Part shown: positions 27,701 to 41,229 of the stretch, in pieces
Layout of the letters: every line of letters begins with the position of its first letter
How positions within the stretch are numbered: position 1 is the first letter of the stretch
Source: Trichoplax sp. H2
Lineage: Eukaryota
Reading direction: 5' to 3'
DNA length: 53,557 nt
Assembly: GCA_003344405.1 (NCBI GenBank)
Contig: NOWV01000171.1
Span: 1-53,557, forward strand
Program-made: the position numbers and the translations under genes
Notes under the pieces: model-generated
The model's input: only the letters and a program-made list of their open reading frames with translations
What the model was told of the DNA's origin: nothing
Database searches by the model: none

Positions 27701-30700
27701 AGATACTAGATTGCCCTAAGGCATAGTACAGACCTTTTATATATATCACTATACATTGATGAAAGTCATTATATTATTCATACCTATATCAATGTAACAC
27801 GTCATCAGTTTACGGGAATATGCGATTGAAACCGATAAATTGAAGCAATATTGTTACAATCAACTATATATTAATAAGCTAGCTAACTATATTGTATGGT
27901 GTTTCACGTTGTACATTATCAATATTGTATGATTAAACTGAAATTGTTTATCTCTTTTTATGCTAATCATTAGCTTAGATTAAGCTTTGACAAAAATAAA
28001 GAAAGTATACCACCATTGTCTCTGGTTTGATTCCGCTTTTATCAGCATAATAATGACAGAAACCCGCTCATACTAATTTCTATAGGAAATAAGGACTATG
28101 TTCTGGAGACTAATTATATTATTTTTTAAAATTAAATATGCTACCTAAATTACTATCATTCATTTCTGTACCGTGTAATAGCATTTCAGAGCAACAGAAC
28201 ATATAAACTGTGGCCGGTCCTGATAGTTATTATGGAGCTCGATCCATGTTTTGTGGTAATTTAAAATAATATTGACGTCTGACGAATTCAGCTAAATTAT
28301 TAATTTATTTATGTTTAGCCTAAATCGCAAAGCCTTAATTGCTATATTGATAGTTAGAGGAAGTATAGTAAATATCGATATGGTGGATGCCAAATATTTG
28401 CCGGTGCTGTCTTCGAGAAGTGTTAAGTAACTGATTTGATAATTAATATTAATTAATAAATTTTAACAGTGCTTAATAGCACCTATTTACGCTATAAATA
28501 TTAATATTGATAAAGGTTATAAAATTTAATAGCTCATAGTAAACTGTATTATCTCGAGAAAAATAAGCTCCAGCGCCTGTGTGTACTGTGCAATAATGTA
28601 TATAGTCATAAAAATTATATTAAGAGCTGGATATCGTTTTTTTAGATAGAGTTTCAATTATGTTGTAGTAGAGTACACTATAATAATTCGTAATCTGATT
28701 CAATAAAGACATTAACCGTAAACGCTATCATTTATCTCTTACGAACAGTAAACACTTGAATAAATTTGTTTCCGTCACTGCAGGTCTCTTCTACTTAAAC
28801 GGAGATCAACTAAGAGTAGGTAGTAAAGTTTTGCTACGATCAAGCAGACTGTTTCGCGGCAATAGTTAAAGTAGTAATTTAAATTATAGATTTAAATGTA
28901 AACATACGAAAGTAACGGTATACCGGTGCCTTCATGCCTGAATTAAAATATTTAGCACTGTGGTAAAAACAGTCTCAACTCCAGTTATCCTTTTAAATTA
29001 CTGTACTTACTATCGTTTAAAGCTGGAAGCTTTTAGTATCTGGGCTAATACGTATAGTTTGCACATAATGAAGGGCTAACAAAATCGGATAGGATAATAC
29101 CTTTTGTGATAAGTAGCGTAATTAAATCGATATATGAGTCAAAGATCTCAAATGCATATACTGAACTTTATTTATTTTGGCAAGTAGTACTTAATTATAT
29201 TACCATGAAACTCAGTAGACTTTAGGTTACGTTTACCCTTCCGCAAACAATATATACGTACAATTGCACTCGAAATGGTATTGCTGATTACATGCATTTG
29301 GAGATATCTTGATTTTTGAGATTAATATTTTAATTTAGTTAACTGAATGAACTAACTTCGCCATATTGATAACGCTACACTATTTATGGTAATTAAATTA
29401 AAGTTAATTTATTCTAATACTTTACATTTAGAGTGCGGGTGTAAAATGAAATAAGACCAGCTATGGAATTGTATTTTTAATCAAAATGGTAGACTTTATT
29501 TTGTATAAAAATGATTTTATCCATAGAAATTTAGTAAGAATAGTAAGTAAAACATCATGCTACCTGTATCATTTTTGCCTACGCTTGCATAAAACATGGG
29601 CACCTCTATTACTGATTTTAACACTAAAACATCCTTATACTGTACTATATGCTTTTGCAGCTTACTCTTTTACAGTATAAGCACGGTAGCTATATCATCA
29701 TACCTACGTGAAGCGACCTAGTCAAACCCTAATGTAATTATGTTACACTGCCAATTACTCAATATCACTCATTGCGCACGTAGCTATTATAGGTTGCAAG
29801 TTTTCTTCAAATATGTACTCCGCCACTGCTATGTCTGCAACGATGGAAATGCTATTTATTAATAAAGGCTCAGTGATAAGGCGTTTTCAAACTCTTTAAA
29901 TGACGCTTATTATTTTTGTTAATACTTCACTTCATTAATTAGACTTTGTTTCGTCTAGCTATACTTATCTACCTTTTATTATCTATTTAAGACTTATTAA
30001 TAACTAGCCGAAAAGACAAGCTCAGCTGTGTAAGTAATATAATTTATGCCTGATATATATAACTTTTATCCCTTACGTTATTTTAGTAATGCCATCGTAT
30101 ATACAATCATATTTTGCAGATTAAGTAGCACAGTCTAGCCAAATCTACTACCGTACGATCTATTTCTAACCAATGCTAACAATTAAAGTTTTACAGGAAA
30201 TTCTTCACAATGTCAAATCACTAGATTTAGCCCACCGTATTAATATCTAAAATGTCATCGTAAATCGGTCACAAAAGGGTTGCACCGCGTACTATCAATA
30301 TTATCTCAGAATAGATACTAGCACAATCTTACAATCAACTCGCAACCTGAACTATTTTCCTAAAATGTTTAATTCTATCTTAAGCTAATTTGGGGAGCGC
30401 ACTATTGACCCATTTATAAACGAGTCTACAAGTATACAGAACGTATTTACCATTAATGGAGTTAGAGTTATAGCGATAAGGATAGGACTTCGTTTTAAAC
30501 CAATATTGTTACTTTTCTTCGACAAATAATTTGCAAGATTCGATACAAGCGTGGTATATTAGCAGATAATTCCTAGCGTCTGAATTTTTACTTTTAACTT
30601 AGCAAATCTACTACTTTGGATAATAAGGATTGGAATTATCCTTCTTATGCTACCTTCCATGCTGATATTATGACACTTTTGCGCCTTTTTATCTTTTGCA

Positions 30701-31267
30701 GGTAAACTTTTAATCAAGGTTGATAAGTTAACTTCAGCTAATTACTAAAGCTATAGTTATAACTACCGCTATTTCCCATTTAAAATATTTTTAACCTTGG
30801 TGTGCGTAAAATGAACGTATATTCACGCTTACAATATGTAGTAAACATGGCTAAATTTCGGCGTTACCAGTAAATTGATCTCAGTAATGATTATAAACTT
30901 TCACGAATATAAAGGCACTTGAATGCCAGCCTTCTTTAATAATTACAAAAATAACTGTACATTTCAGTGTTAAAGACAAGAAATAATATGAAAGTTATGA
31001 TTTAAGGATTTGCGTATAGGATACAGTTGAATAAGGTAGGCAAGGCAATAATATAAGACAAATAATGATTAATTCAGTGTAATAGCATGCGAAGTAGTAA
31101 ATTGTAAGAAACTGGCAATGCCTCTACATTACAGTACTTTACTTCTATGCAACCAGTTACGTTTATATTCACAGAACTCTGTCCTATAGTATACTAAAGT
31201 TACAATTTATTCCGATATGTCTATAGCGTAGTTGCCGTAGTAAAGCAGTATCGCGGAGTCCAAAGGT

Positions 31268-31273
31268 TTTATT
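31268..31273 (-). promoter_or_regulatory. AATAAA polyadenylation signal about 30 nt downstream of the SBP stop codon.
   Basis: tttatt on the + strand at 31268-31273, which is AATAAA on the - strand. The position is appropriate for the SBP 3' end. Confidence 0.4.
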
Positions 31274-31302
31274 TAAGGTATCTTGAAGTATCAGTACAGT
31301 CT

Positions 31303-31462
31303 TTAAATCCATATATCCGACGTACAATCTCCGCCTGGATATCGAACCTCATGAGCTAGCGCAGGACCATCTGGCTCTTTACCAAAATCCACACAAAGGT
31401 TCGAAAGTGTTAATCCACCTTTTTCAGTATTAACGTCGATTTGTAGCAAAACCGATCCAGTT
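31303..31462 (-). CDS. SELENBP1: SBP terminal exon 11 ([53 protein letters not shown]).
   Basis: Acceptor ttttctag. Matches the human C-terminus ...[29 protein letters not shown]. Summed CDS is 1419 nt, 472 aa, identical in length to human SELENBP1. All exon phases are consistent. Confidence 0.9.
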
Positions 31463-31633
31463 CTAGAAAATGAGGTTATAGAAAATTTAAGATTGTACAT
31501 ATTCTAATATGATTTAATGGATACGCTACATTAGTATCTAGCTATAAACTTATGAAATAACACTATTGTGTCGGATAACACGAGTAGATTTGTGACCTTC
31601 ACAAAGGGGAATATTTCGGTACTTAGTACATAC

Positions 31634-31845
31634 TTTAATAAATTTGGATAAAACTGTTTATCCCAAGGACTAAATAGTGATGTGGTAACGAACAGACGTT
31701 TGCCATCTAAACTTAGTTGTAACATTTGAGGGGCTCCATCAATGTTTCGGTTATTAAGGATAAGTGGATCAGGTTGTTCTTCAAGCTCGGAGTCTTGGAT
31801 TACCTTGACCGGCCCTGTCTTTACAATACTTCCACCAAGGAAGAT
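31634..31845 (-). CDS. SELENBP1: SBP exon 10 ([70 protein letters not shown]).
   Basis: Acceptor tcttaaag. Matches human [69 protein letters not shown]. Donor AA|GTATGT is phase 2. Confidence 0.9.
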
Positions 31846-32308
31846 CTTTAAGATAGTAAAATGAAAAAATTAGTTTCAAATTTATAAAAGAGAAGCTAGC
31901 ACAAGTTAGATGAAACATGAAGTTATACGAGCGCATTTCGTCATCTTTGTTTTACTAAAAGTAAATGGTTTTGCTGTGATTCGAATAACTTGGGTAAAAG
32001 TATTAAATATAATGGATCACGTTATTGCTAGAGCTGGTGTATACTATACCAGCATTTTATATTCTGCCTTCGCTATCTTCGAAGATATTTATTTTTATGC
32101 TGTATACTAATCTAATAATGCTAGTATTTAAAAAGAATTTGAGATTAAATCTAATTTATTTGTCACTGCCTTTCACGAAGACATATAGTTACTTCGTTTA
32201 GTGGTATTGAACTGCGTTTTGCGCTAAACGATCAACTAAAAACTGGCATTATATACGAATTATGTCATACGAGTACGTGTATATGTGTTGGTAATCGTCC
32301 TATCATAC

Positions 32309-32430
32309 CTGTCCGACGAGTCTTGGGTTAGCCCTATCAGTTATGTCGTACTGTCTTATATCACCATGTAACCAGTTCGAAAAATACAAATATCGATCGT
32401 CCAAAGACAGAATAATATCGGTTATAAGAC
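32309..32430 (-). CDS. SELENBP1: SBP exon 9 ([40 protein letters not shown]).
   Basis: Acceptor atattag. Matches human [40 protein letters not shown]. Donor CAG|GTATGA. Confidence 0.9.
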
Positions 32431-32507
32431 CTAATATGATTTTATAGGATAAGATTCAAATTTTAAGAATAAAGTAATTATCAAATAGTGATAGCGTAAC
32501 ATCGTAC

Positions 32508-32586
32508 CTGGCATTTCGGGTAGGACCCATCCTTCTACTTTTTTTGGAGGTACCTGAATTGCTTTATGAGCGGCCCAATCTCCTTT
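32508..32586 (-). CDS. SELENBP1: SBP exon 8 ([27 protein letters not shown]).
   Basis: Acceptor ctatag. Matches human [27 protein letters not shown]. Donor G|GTACGA is phase 1. Confidence 0.88.
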
Positions 32587-32677
32587 CTATAGATTTACAT
32601 TTTATAGTAATTGTTTAAATTTTCAAAACGAAGTTTGGAGCAGAAACAAATATTAAATACATGACCTAGAAGTTTAC

Positions 32678-32859
32678 CTCCGTTTTATAAAATCTAAATA
32701 TAGCGCTACTCAGAGCACATCCCACGTATCCTTGAGTTTCATTGGGATCATGTAAGAAACGAATTTCTAGTGGTGTTATTCCTTCGTTCCCAAGGCGGAT
32801 TACCTGCTGTAGGGTATGATCTTCCCAATTGTAAACGTTGAGACTGCTACCATATTTAC
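32678..32859 (-). CDS. SELENBP1: SBP exon 7 ([60 protein letters not shown]).
   Basis: Acceptor tttttaag. Matches human [59 protein letters not shown]. Donor GAG|GTAAAC. Confidence 0.9.
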
Positions 32860-33037
32860 CTTAAAAATAATTATTCAGTTTTCATATCACTAGTGTATCT
32901 GATGTAATAATTAATATTTAATATACAGTGATAGAACTCTTATAGAATGCCGGAATACATTCATCAGTAGCCTACAAATGGCTAATTATTTGTGGTTATT
33001 ATATATTTTATGAGTTGAATTTTCAACACTAGCTTAC

Positions 33038-33220
33038 CATTCTGTACATCTTCCATGCTAAATCCAGCACTTAGTGCATTTGGTTCTCCCCATTCAGTGC
33101 TTATCATGACGTTATGGCGAGGTTGATACCAATAATCATATCCAAATTCGGCATTATTGCCTTCCTTTTCCCAATTGCCTGTAACCTCAAATGTCTTGCC
33201 ATTTATGAGTACAAATCCGC
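33038..33220 (-). CDS. SELENBP1: SBP exon 6 ([61 protein letters not shown]).
   Basis: Acceptor ctgagcacag. Matches human GFVLLDGETFEVKGTWE...[36 protein letters not shown]. Donor G|GTAAGC is phase 1. Confidence 0.9.
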
Positions 33221-33319
33221 CTGTGCTCAGTAAAGGATAACTAGTATTAAGATAAGTATCATGGTATAAACATGAACGTGACAATATAGGGTTAAAATCG
33301 ATAATAAATAACTATTCAC

Positions 33320-33440
33320 CCTTTTTTTCCCCATTTGAGTCTCCTAAACAGCTAATCATTATATTTCCATCGGCTAGGCAATGGCTGGTATGAGGAAAGC
33401 TTAGATCAGTCTTTGAGGAAATTTCTTCCGGCTCAACCAC
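33320..33440 (-). CDS. SELENBP1: SBP exon 5 (VVEPEEISSKTDLSFPHTSHCLADGNIMISCLGDSNGEKKG).
   Basis: Acceptor ttttactag. Matches human [42 protein letters not shown]. Donor G|GTGAAT is phase 1. Confidence 0.88.
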
Positions 33441-33621
33441 CTAGTAAAACAATAGCAAATGCATAATTACTTTATTGTTTTATCTACCTACGCCAATAAA
33501 TCAAATTATGCAGTAGTTGTTCAATACTATATATTAATGTAAGTATAAGAAAGCAATACGTGAGTGAATAGACCGATTCCAACTGTATTTTAATAAAGCG
33601 AATTAATTAAATAATATTTAC

Positions 33622-33736
33622 TTTGAAGATTCTTGGAGCTTTAGGGTCTGTTTTAACATCAATAACATATACTCTACTGGATTTCAGACTGGGTAATATC
33701 AGTTTATTACGTTCTTTAGTCGAATCTCCAAAGCAG
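33622..33736 (-). CDS. SELENBP1: SBP exon 4 ([38 protein letters not shown]).
   Basis: Acceptor cattatatag. Matches human [38 protein letters not shown]. Donor AAA|GTAAAT. Confidence 0.88.
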
Positions 33737-34057
33737 CTATATAATGAAAAATGTTAAGTGTTGTTAAATCAAATAGCCAACTGCAATTAAAGAATCTTAA
33801 AAATTATTAAATCAATTTGCAAAAACGAAACAATTATAGCATCCTATTACAACACCGAACCATTTCATAATATATATTAATTACACTATTAATTTAGAAA
33901 ATTTAAATGTCTTATGCAGATCATGATATATTCTGGCTAATTATTCTGATCAGTGTAAGGCAAGAGACCATGATAGCTGAGAAACTATTAGGATTATTGT
34001 TTAGTTTGTATATCACGCGTTGTTTTGTTCATTATAAAGCTTATAATTAATAAGCAC

Positions 34058-34076
34058 CTGCTACAAGTATTCCAGC
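34058..34076 (-). CDS. SELENBP1: SBP exon 3: a 19-bp micro-exon encoding (G)WNTCS(S).
   Basis: tttctttag|GCTGGAATACTTGTAGCAG|gtgctt. Phases 1 to 2. It restores the exact human motif HHSGWNTCSSCFGDS between exons 2 and 4. Without it, exons 2 and 4 are out of phase. Confidence 0.8.
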
Positions 34077-34834
34077 CTAAAGAAATGATTATAGTTAACG
34101 AACTAATTAGCAAACCAAGAGCATATCAACATTTTAAAGTAGACAATACATTTAGAAGATCATAGAGCTAGAATCTAACACTTACAATAACTTATTTTAA
34201 GCATGCTACAAAAAACAGTACCAGATTATAGTTACGTAAAATAGAGTAATGTAGATACCTCCTGCTCACGATTTAGATTTTGCTTTAAAGTTAAACTTCA
34301 ATCGGCGTTATTATTATCGAATTTACAGAAGATATTATGTTCTAACGGTAATTTTGCTTTCGTTTAAATTGAAAATATGTATGCGAAAAAGTATACGACT
34401 AGTAAGCTTTTTCCAGTCAACTGTCTACAACTATTGACATTTTTATTATTTTAACATACTATGGTCTACGTTGCTACGTATCTCACTCAATTTCTACTTG
34501 GAAGTTATCATACTGCAGTGATACCTATCTTTTTATGTATGCACTAAAAATGATATGGTTATTCACTATATCTAAGAGTATATTTAAAAAAAGTACGCCG
34601 ATATAGTAAAACTGACCATATTGTACTTAGGACTAAACTACTTTTAATTTATAGAAAATCTTTATAGTAAATTCAAGACTATTTAGTCATTATACTGTAA
34701 GTATAATATTTAATTGATCATAGTATATCGAATAGTATTGATTGATGTTCTTTAATAATGATTAATTATTATTTGGAGAACTACACGCAATTCATTTAGT
34801 TACTTAGCATAGGTAGTAAAGAATACAAATTTAC

Positions 34835-34886
34835 CTGAATGATGGATTTCGTCTCCAATGTGAAGCATAGACAACCGGTGAATGAC
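34835..34886 (-). CDS. SELENBP1: SBP exon 2 (VIHRLSMLHIGDEIHHSG).
   Basis: Acceptor ttttag. Matches human VIHRLPMPNLKDELHHSG. Donor CAG|GTAAAT is phase 1. Confidence 0.88.
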
Positions 34887-35274
34887 CTAAAACATTCATT
34901 AACAGTAAATTAAAATAGTTGAAAAACTTGTTTTAAAATGCAGGATTAGTTACTTACGCATTTAATATTTTTACGATACGATTTAAAGATTAATTACTAT
35001 TTGTTCCTCATATCACTACTTTGATATACATTATTTATCAAATAAAATATGACAGTCGTATATAATAATAAGCTTGATTCTGGGTAATTTGGCGTGGTGG
35101 TGTACTATATAACTGTAACGTATATCGAATAATATTAGTTTACAGTCCTTAATCTAGAATACAACTTTTAAGCTTTGGAAGAATTGATAAAAATCGATTG
35201 CAAAGTATGAACCATATAATGCAGTATTTGTTAGTTTGTAGTAGTGGAAAACGTGTCTTATTGATGGAACATAC

Positions 35275-35448
35275 TTGACCATAGGTCTCTGATTCCAAGT
35301 CAACGTCAACAGTTGCTAGATAATCTGGCTTCTTAACATCAGTATTATTATAAATGCAAGGTATATATAGTAATTTCTCTCTAGGACCTTTCATAGCATC
35401 GATTGGTGTTAAGTATCCCGGACCGCAGCTAGAGCAAGCTATAGGCAT
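35275..35448 (-). CDS. SELENBP1: Selenium-binding protein (SBP56/SELENBP1 family; methanethiol-oxidase family), coding exon 1.
   Basis: ATG at 35448-35446. The 58 codons [58 protein letters not shown] align with human SELENBP1 ([37 protein letters not shown]...[18 protein letters not shown]). Donor CAA|GTATGT. Confidence 0.88.
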
Positions 35449-38400
35449 ATTTAAATGGATTAATGATAGTTAGATCATACCATGAGAACAAATTTAATAT
35501 TGTAGTAATGATCAATCTCTGCGTATAACAGATTAAAAATTTAATATCACATCAATAGATTTCCTTCTTATGTACACTTCTTAATTACTTAAGTCAGCTG
35601 TTGAAGTCTAGTAAAATCTTTATTATATTCTTATAATGAGTAAAACTAAGAATGGATCGAAATTGGATCAACGACAGATAATTTTAGCAATTTACTTTGA
35701 CATTTAAAGCATCCAAGTAAATTTATAATTATACATGCGCATATAAAAAATGAAGAATGCCAGCTGTAGGTTAACCTACTTTATGATACATTCATCTATT
35801 TCTTCTTGCTATATATCAGTTCATAGCCTTTACTTGAATCGATATAAAAGTAGATACGCGTGCTAATACTTACGATTTATCAGTGACATTCTATATCATA
35901 AATCACAAGCTTTGTGTAAAATTGATGAATGCTAAAATATGGACTACTGAAATATGACTGAAGTTTTTCATAGTCCGTAGCTTACGATCATTGCTTATAA
36001 ATAATTATATTGAATCTTAAACACCATCTTATTTTAATAGTATTTGTCGCATTATATAAATATAAAAATACGAGAATACTTTGAAATCTTACCCATTTGT
36101 AGATTGAGAGCTAAGATCAATTGATAATGATTCTTCTAGTAAAAATTGATAAATTAGATCCTGTTTGAATAAAGAAAGTTATTTCATTAAAGCTTATATA
36201 TTGTTGTTAAATATCTATATATTATAACGATTTAATTTCAACTTATTAATTCTAGGTTATATTTAAAAGCGAAATGGATTGTATCTATCGATTTATTTAA
36301 ATTTTTGACCACTCAACAACTTCTTATATGTTTAAAATGATATTTCTATAAGCGGAAATTTATTAAAAGTTTGCTTCTGAGACCCCATGATGGTGCCATG
36401 AGGGCGGAAACTTATATCTACTACCCAAACATTCTACAATCTGTTCATGACATGATTAGATGTAAATTTTTTTGAGAAAAGGTCTAAGAATAGCTAGTTA
36501 ACACACATACGTGGTTTATTTCTTCAACGAGGACTCGAAAAGCGTGTGAAAATTCAATCGTGAAACGTACTAAAATCTAGGGTGATAAACGGATGGATAG
36601 CTTAAAGTGAGGAATGAAGAATAGGAAACTGTTGCCCAATTTAATGAATGATTTAAATTAGCTGCTTTTATTTGATAGCAACCAATTTGCAATATGCTTT
36701 AATTGATAAAAGTATCATGAATTTATAATAATCATCATTCCATTTCATTGTTACGACGACTATTACAATCATGGGCTAGATTGTATTTCGCTTATACTTA
36801 TAATTAATTAAACAACGTCGGCTAACCAGCTAGGGGTAAAATACAGTAAATCAAAAATTAGTCAAGATCAACAGAGCATATAAAGAACTATTAAAGTATA
36901 GAGTAAGGACACCTAATAGAGCATTGTACTATCTGCATATTTGTGATCTGATGCAACGGTGCTTTTGTCTCTTTCAATTTTTGAACGTGTAGCAGCATGG
37001 AGGAGCATTGTCTGTCAATCTCCACCCCCTTCCTAATAAATATCTGAAGAGCGGCATGCAGAGTGAAGGAGAATTATCGCAGCCTTTAAGATAAATTAAT
37101 AGTCCAATACTAGCAGATTTTCATTCATGGCCACTATCAAGTATTTGATAGTCGTGCCAAAAGTAGTTAAACTAGAGGCGTACAAGTATCCAAATTACGC
37201 TACCGATATATTGCATAGAAGATTAACAGTGTTGCATTTATATCAAATGTATACCTATAAACTGGGTGAAAGACACTTATACCATATGCTACTATAAAAG
37301 CACAATTGATACAGGAATCATAGAACTGTACAAATATGAAGTAGAAATGTGTAATTGATTAATTTCAAAGTTCCTTTCATTATTAATGAATTATGTAAGA
37401 TGCTCGAGGTCTAAATTTGATTACTATCAGAACTACATTACAGCTTGATGACTTGTATGTTGCAAAGTAGCCTGTCTACTTTGCCCGTAGTAGAAATGTT
37501 ACGGCAGTTTCCAGAATTAAAAAGTAATTCTAGGTATAATCTTGACTATGAACTGCAACTATAAATTGAATCTAAAATCATTTTAGGTTAAACCGGTATC
37601 TAATTATCTAAATTCAAAGTTATAATAATTATATATAAATTATTATTTTATTCTATATTGAGTTCTGTCTCTGTACATGCATGTGAGTTAATTGCTACAT
37701 CCAACTTACCTTACGCGTACGCCAGGCGAAAATGTTGCTCTACTTTCAAAACCCTGTGCTATTATACCTTAAGATAGTAATTGGGTATGGCTTCAAATCT
37801 TGGAATGATCACTTTAAATCGTGATGATGCATTATATGTGCAGTTTACTATGACCGGCATGTGCTAACATGTGATTAGCATAGTAAAATATGATGATGTT
37901 GTAAAGACTAAGCAAATTTATGAAGTTCCTATATGATATTATCATCTTTAACTGCCCATGACAATGCAAAATTTTAAATTTGCATCTCATTATAAATGCT
38001 ATTCTTTGTCAAACAATGCTCGTAGTACATGCCATTTTTAGTGCCTTCTTTTTATTGATGAGGGTTATTGGAGCTTTCCTCCTAGAACTCTGTTCAGGTG
38101 ATCATAATTCTGTGTCTAACAGAGATGCTACCGATAAAACGTGACAAACTCGACTTTGCTAACTATGAATCACCATGTTAATTCTTGTTATTGATTCCTA
38201 TAAAACTCCTCACTTTTCTGTGTTAATATTTGCACGGAAGTTGTTATATATTTGAGAGAAATGCAGCAACGAGTAGGCAATGCCTTCGCACAATAAGAGC
38301 ATATCAAAAAAGTATAATATCAACTACAATACGCTATAGACGTAACCAGATAGATTTTATGCATGCAAAACATCTCAACTTTCGATCGAGAATGCCAACT

Positions 38401-41008
38401 AATGACAGTATGGTGTTGATTTTATTTCCCGTTCCGTTATATATAGTATGCCCTCTGACCACTAGCAACAACAGTACATTCTTAAGGGATGAGATGACTG
38501 GAAAATCATGAAGAAAAAGTAATCCTTCACTTGCAATACAATTTCCACTAATTTTGCATCATCATGTTCTCATATACCATCTATTACAGTCATTAATATT
38601 AAACAGAACAAGATTTACTAAAGCCAGTTTTATTGAATTCTGTATTGATACAATAGCTTGTCTTAAGTCCAACAACGACCCAATTTATTTATTTAATCTA
38701 GACAAATTTAGTAAATAAGTTGATACGCAATCAAAATTTTATTTACAGTACAGTTAGTAAAATGAATAAATAAGGTTGAAGAATCCAGTATGATACCGGA
38801 ATTTAATCTTACAAACCCGTAACTTTGTCTTCATACCGACTAAACTATAGTCATCGAAATAGAATTGCAATGGCTAATGCAAGTGTTTACTTATTTAGGT
38901 CATCAACTACCTTGGAATCCTTTCTGACTTTAGGTTGGGATCTACAGTATTAAATAGACTAAGTATATATATGACATATACATTTCAAAAAGGGGTCCTG
39001 ACAACTAAAAAGCTGGAAGCTACTGTGCTATATTATACGTTTAGATTGAGGATCATTTTATTATTGCCATTCATCATTTGACCTTTGGACGAGTAGCAGT
39101 AATATAAAAGATATTGCATGTGCAACAGTTCACAGTAGCCTTGAGGCCTTAACTTAACAATTATGGTACCATTTACAATATCGTCAGTCTTAATTTACCC
39201 TTTTAGATTCTACAGTAAAAATATCGTTATACAATAAAATTGATAATTTTTAAGAGATACTAACTAATTTTCGTTGAAAAGATTTGAAAATTTATTTGTT
39301 AACCTAAGCATAGCTTCTATTTGATACTACAGTGATAGATGGCAATATTTTATTCATGCATACGTAACATGTACATTTTTATGTACTATGGAAGGTCTGT
39401 CATTATAATCTATTGCTTACCAGTCATAGAAGTTTTAATATTGTAGCAACTATATGTATATCTTAAGGTTTACAAAGATTAAAGCATTTACTACTTTTGT
39501 GCAGTATCTTCATTTCCAGTACCGGTACTTCTTGCAAATCACAATTTACAAGGGCAATTTGACACTACCGATAATTAGCTATTACTTATTTAAAAATTAA
39601 GAGCAATGCGATTACTGTCTGACGGATTCTTTACTTAAACGTAATCCTTTGATTCAATGCATGCAAGCCATGTTTTTATTAATTACCACAGTTACCGCAC
39701 CCTATCGTTTCTATTGACATAAACGTTTAGTAATGCTGTAGAATCCATAAGTACAATATACAATATTCATGACAATAAGTTAACAGGTTGCAAGATTAAG
39801 GCGATATCCCTGTAGAGTAGAGTGCAACAGTTCCATTTTGTACTCAGTTGTTTCGCTTTATATGGTTCCTTTACTACAGCGTATTATTCATTATTGTTGT
39901 TTGAAAAGACTTACTGGTAGAATTTCAAGAAATAATTAATTTTTGATATATTCTAACGGCGAAAAGTTATTATTCGGTAAATCGTTACTCTCAGTGAGTA
40001 AATGCAGTTTCAAAAGTTTCGTTGACTTTGACGAAACACTGTACTTTATCTAGTTAACTGTCACCAGTATATTTACATAACAGTGTGGATATCAGTTATG
40101 TAGTTGTCTATGTAGTATAGATACGCTGTGTATCATACTTATATGCCTATATTTCATTTGCTAGGATTATTATAGAATGTACTAAAGAGTGGGTATCAGA
40201 TTGATCAATCGCAAAATAATCTATGGATAAAATTCTTGAAGACAAATTATTGTAATACATAAAACTACGATAATATCGGCTACCTTGGGCTGACAGCAAT
40301 AAAGATTTCGAATACTTAAACTCTGTAAGAGTATTAAAGCTGCATTCAGTAAGAGTGTATAATAGCTAAATATTAAATTTATTTCATTCAGAATTTAAAG
40401 GAGTACAGTGAAACAGATCAAGCACATAGCAATATAATTTTTACATCCATTGAATTCGAAAAATTCTAGAAGCCTTGGCCACTTCTGCGCTATCAGCAAA
40501 GTCTGGCAAGATTTGATATTTAAAACTATCCTGTTTGTTTTTTCTAACATGAAACTTATATATTTACAGTCTAAACAATGAGTAAGCTATATATATAAGA
40601 CACATATAAAACTGCCTATAAGGATTCAAGATAGACAAGTTATACTACACCATTGAAGGAAGATAAATAGATCAATGCGATAAATGTACAGCATAGTATT
40701 TAAACAATTGACCAAATGCGGTCAAGTCGTTTGCGATTTCTACAGTATTAAGTAAAAAGCTGGGATTGAAATAAAGCATCTTTAATAATACTGCAAGAGG
40801 GATAATTTATGTTTAACATTTGATAATGTACTTCTGTATGAAAATCCCGACAAATAACGACTTACGGAAGAATTGATACAGGTGACATATACTATGAGTC
40901 TTTCGAACCTTTCTTTTTACTCGATTTTTTCAGATTATGATAATTTGGAAGAATTTTAATTAAATACCCCAGCTGGTCATCTTGTTTCTAATGAGTTTGA
41001 GGTTATTA

Positions 41009-41229
41009 TTATACGATCATTGATTGGGTAACACGTCTTATGGAATATGAAATCAGGTCTGATAACACAAAATAGTCGAAACTTACTGAAGGCGTCTCGT
41101 TATGTTGTTTTTGATGACATTCATCACCATATACTATCGTATTCTCAGGTATTGTTTCATTGGCACTTAGTTGACAGTGAGCTCCAATTATGCAGTTGTT
41201 TGTAATTTTCGTATCTCTACCAACGATAG
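41009..41229 (-). CDS. DCTN6: Dynactin subunit 6 (p27) terminal exon (AIVGRDTKITNNCIIGAHCQLSANETIPENTIVYGDECHQKQHNETPS...*).
   Basis: Acceptor atcatcatag. Matches human [47 protein letters not shown] (left-handed beta-helix hexapeptide repeats). TAA stop at 41009-41011. Confidence 0.8.

Noticed and set aside
41031-41036. A perfect GTAAGT on the - strand inside the DCTN6 last exon (TCA GTA AGT = S V S) that could be a donor to a further 3' exon.
   Set aside because: Read-through continues ...SFDYFVLSDLIS, which resembles the human tail LQLDFLMKIL, and reaches a TAA 24 codons later. No downstream acceptor or exon was found. Treated as coincidental. Retained-intron and alternative-3'-exon scenarios cannot be excluded.
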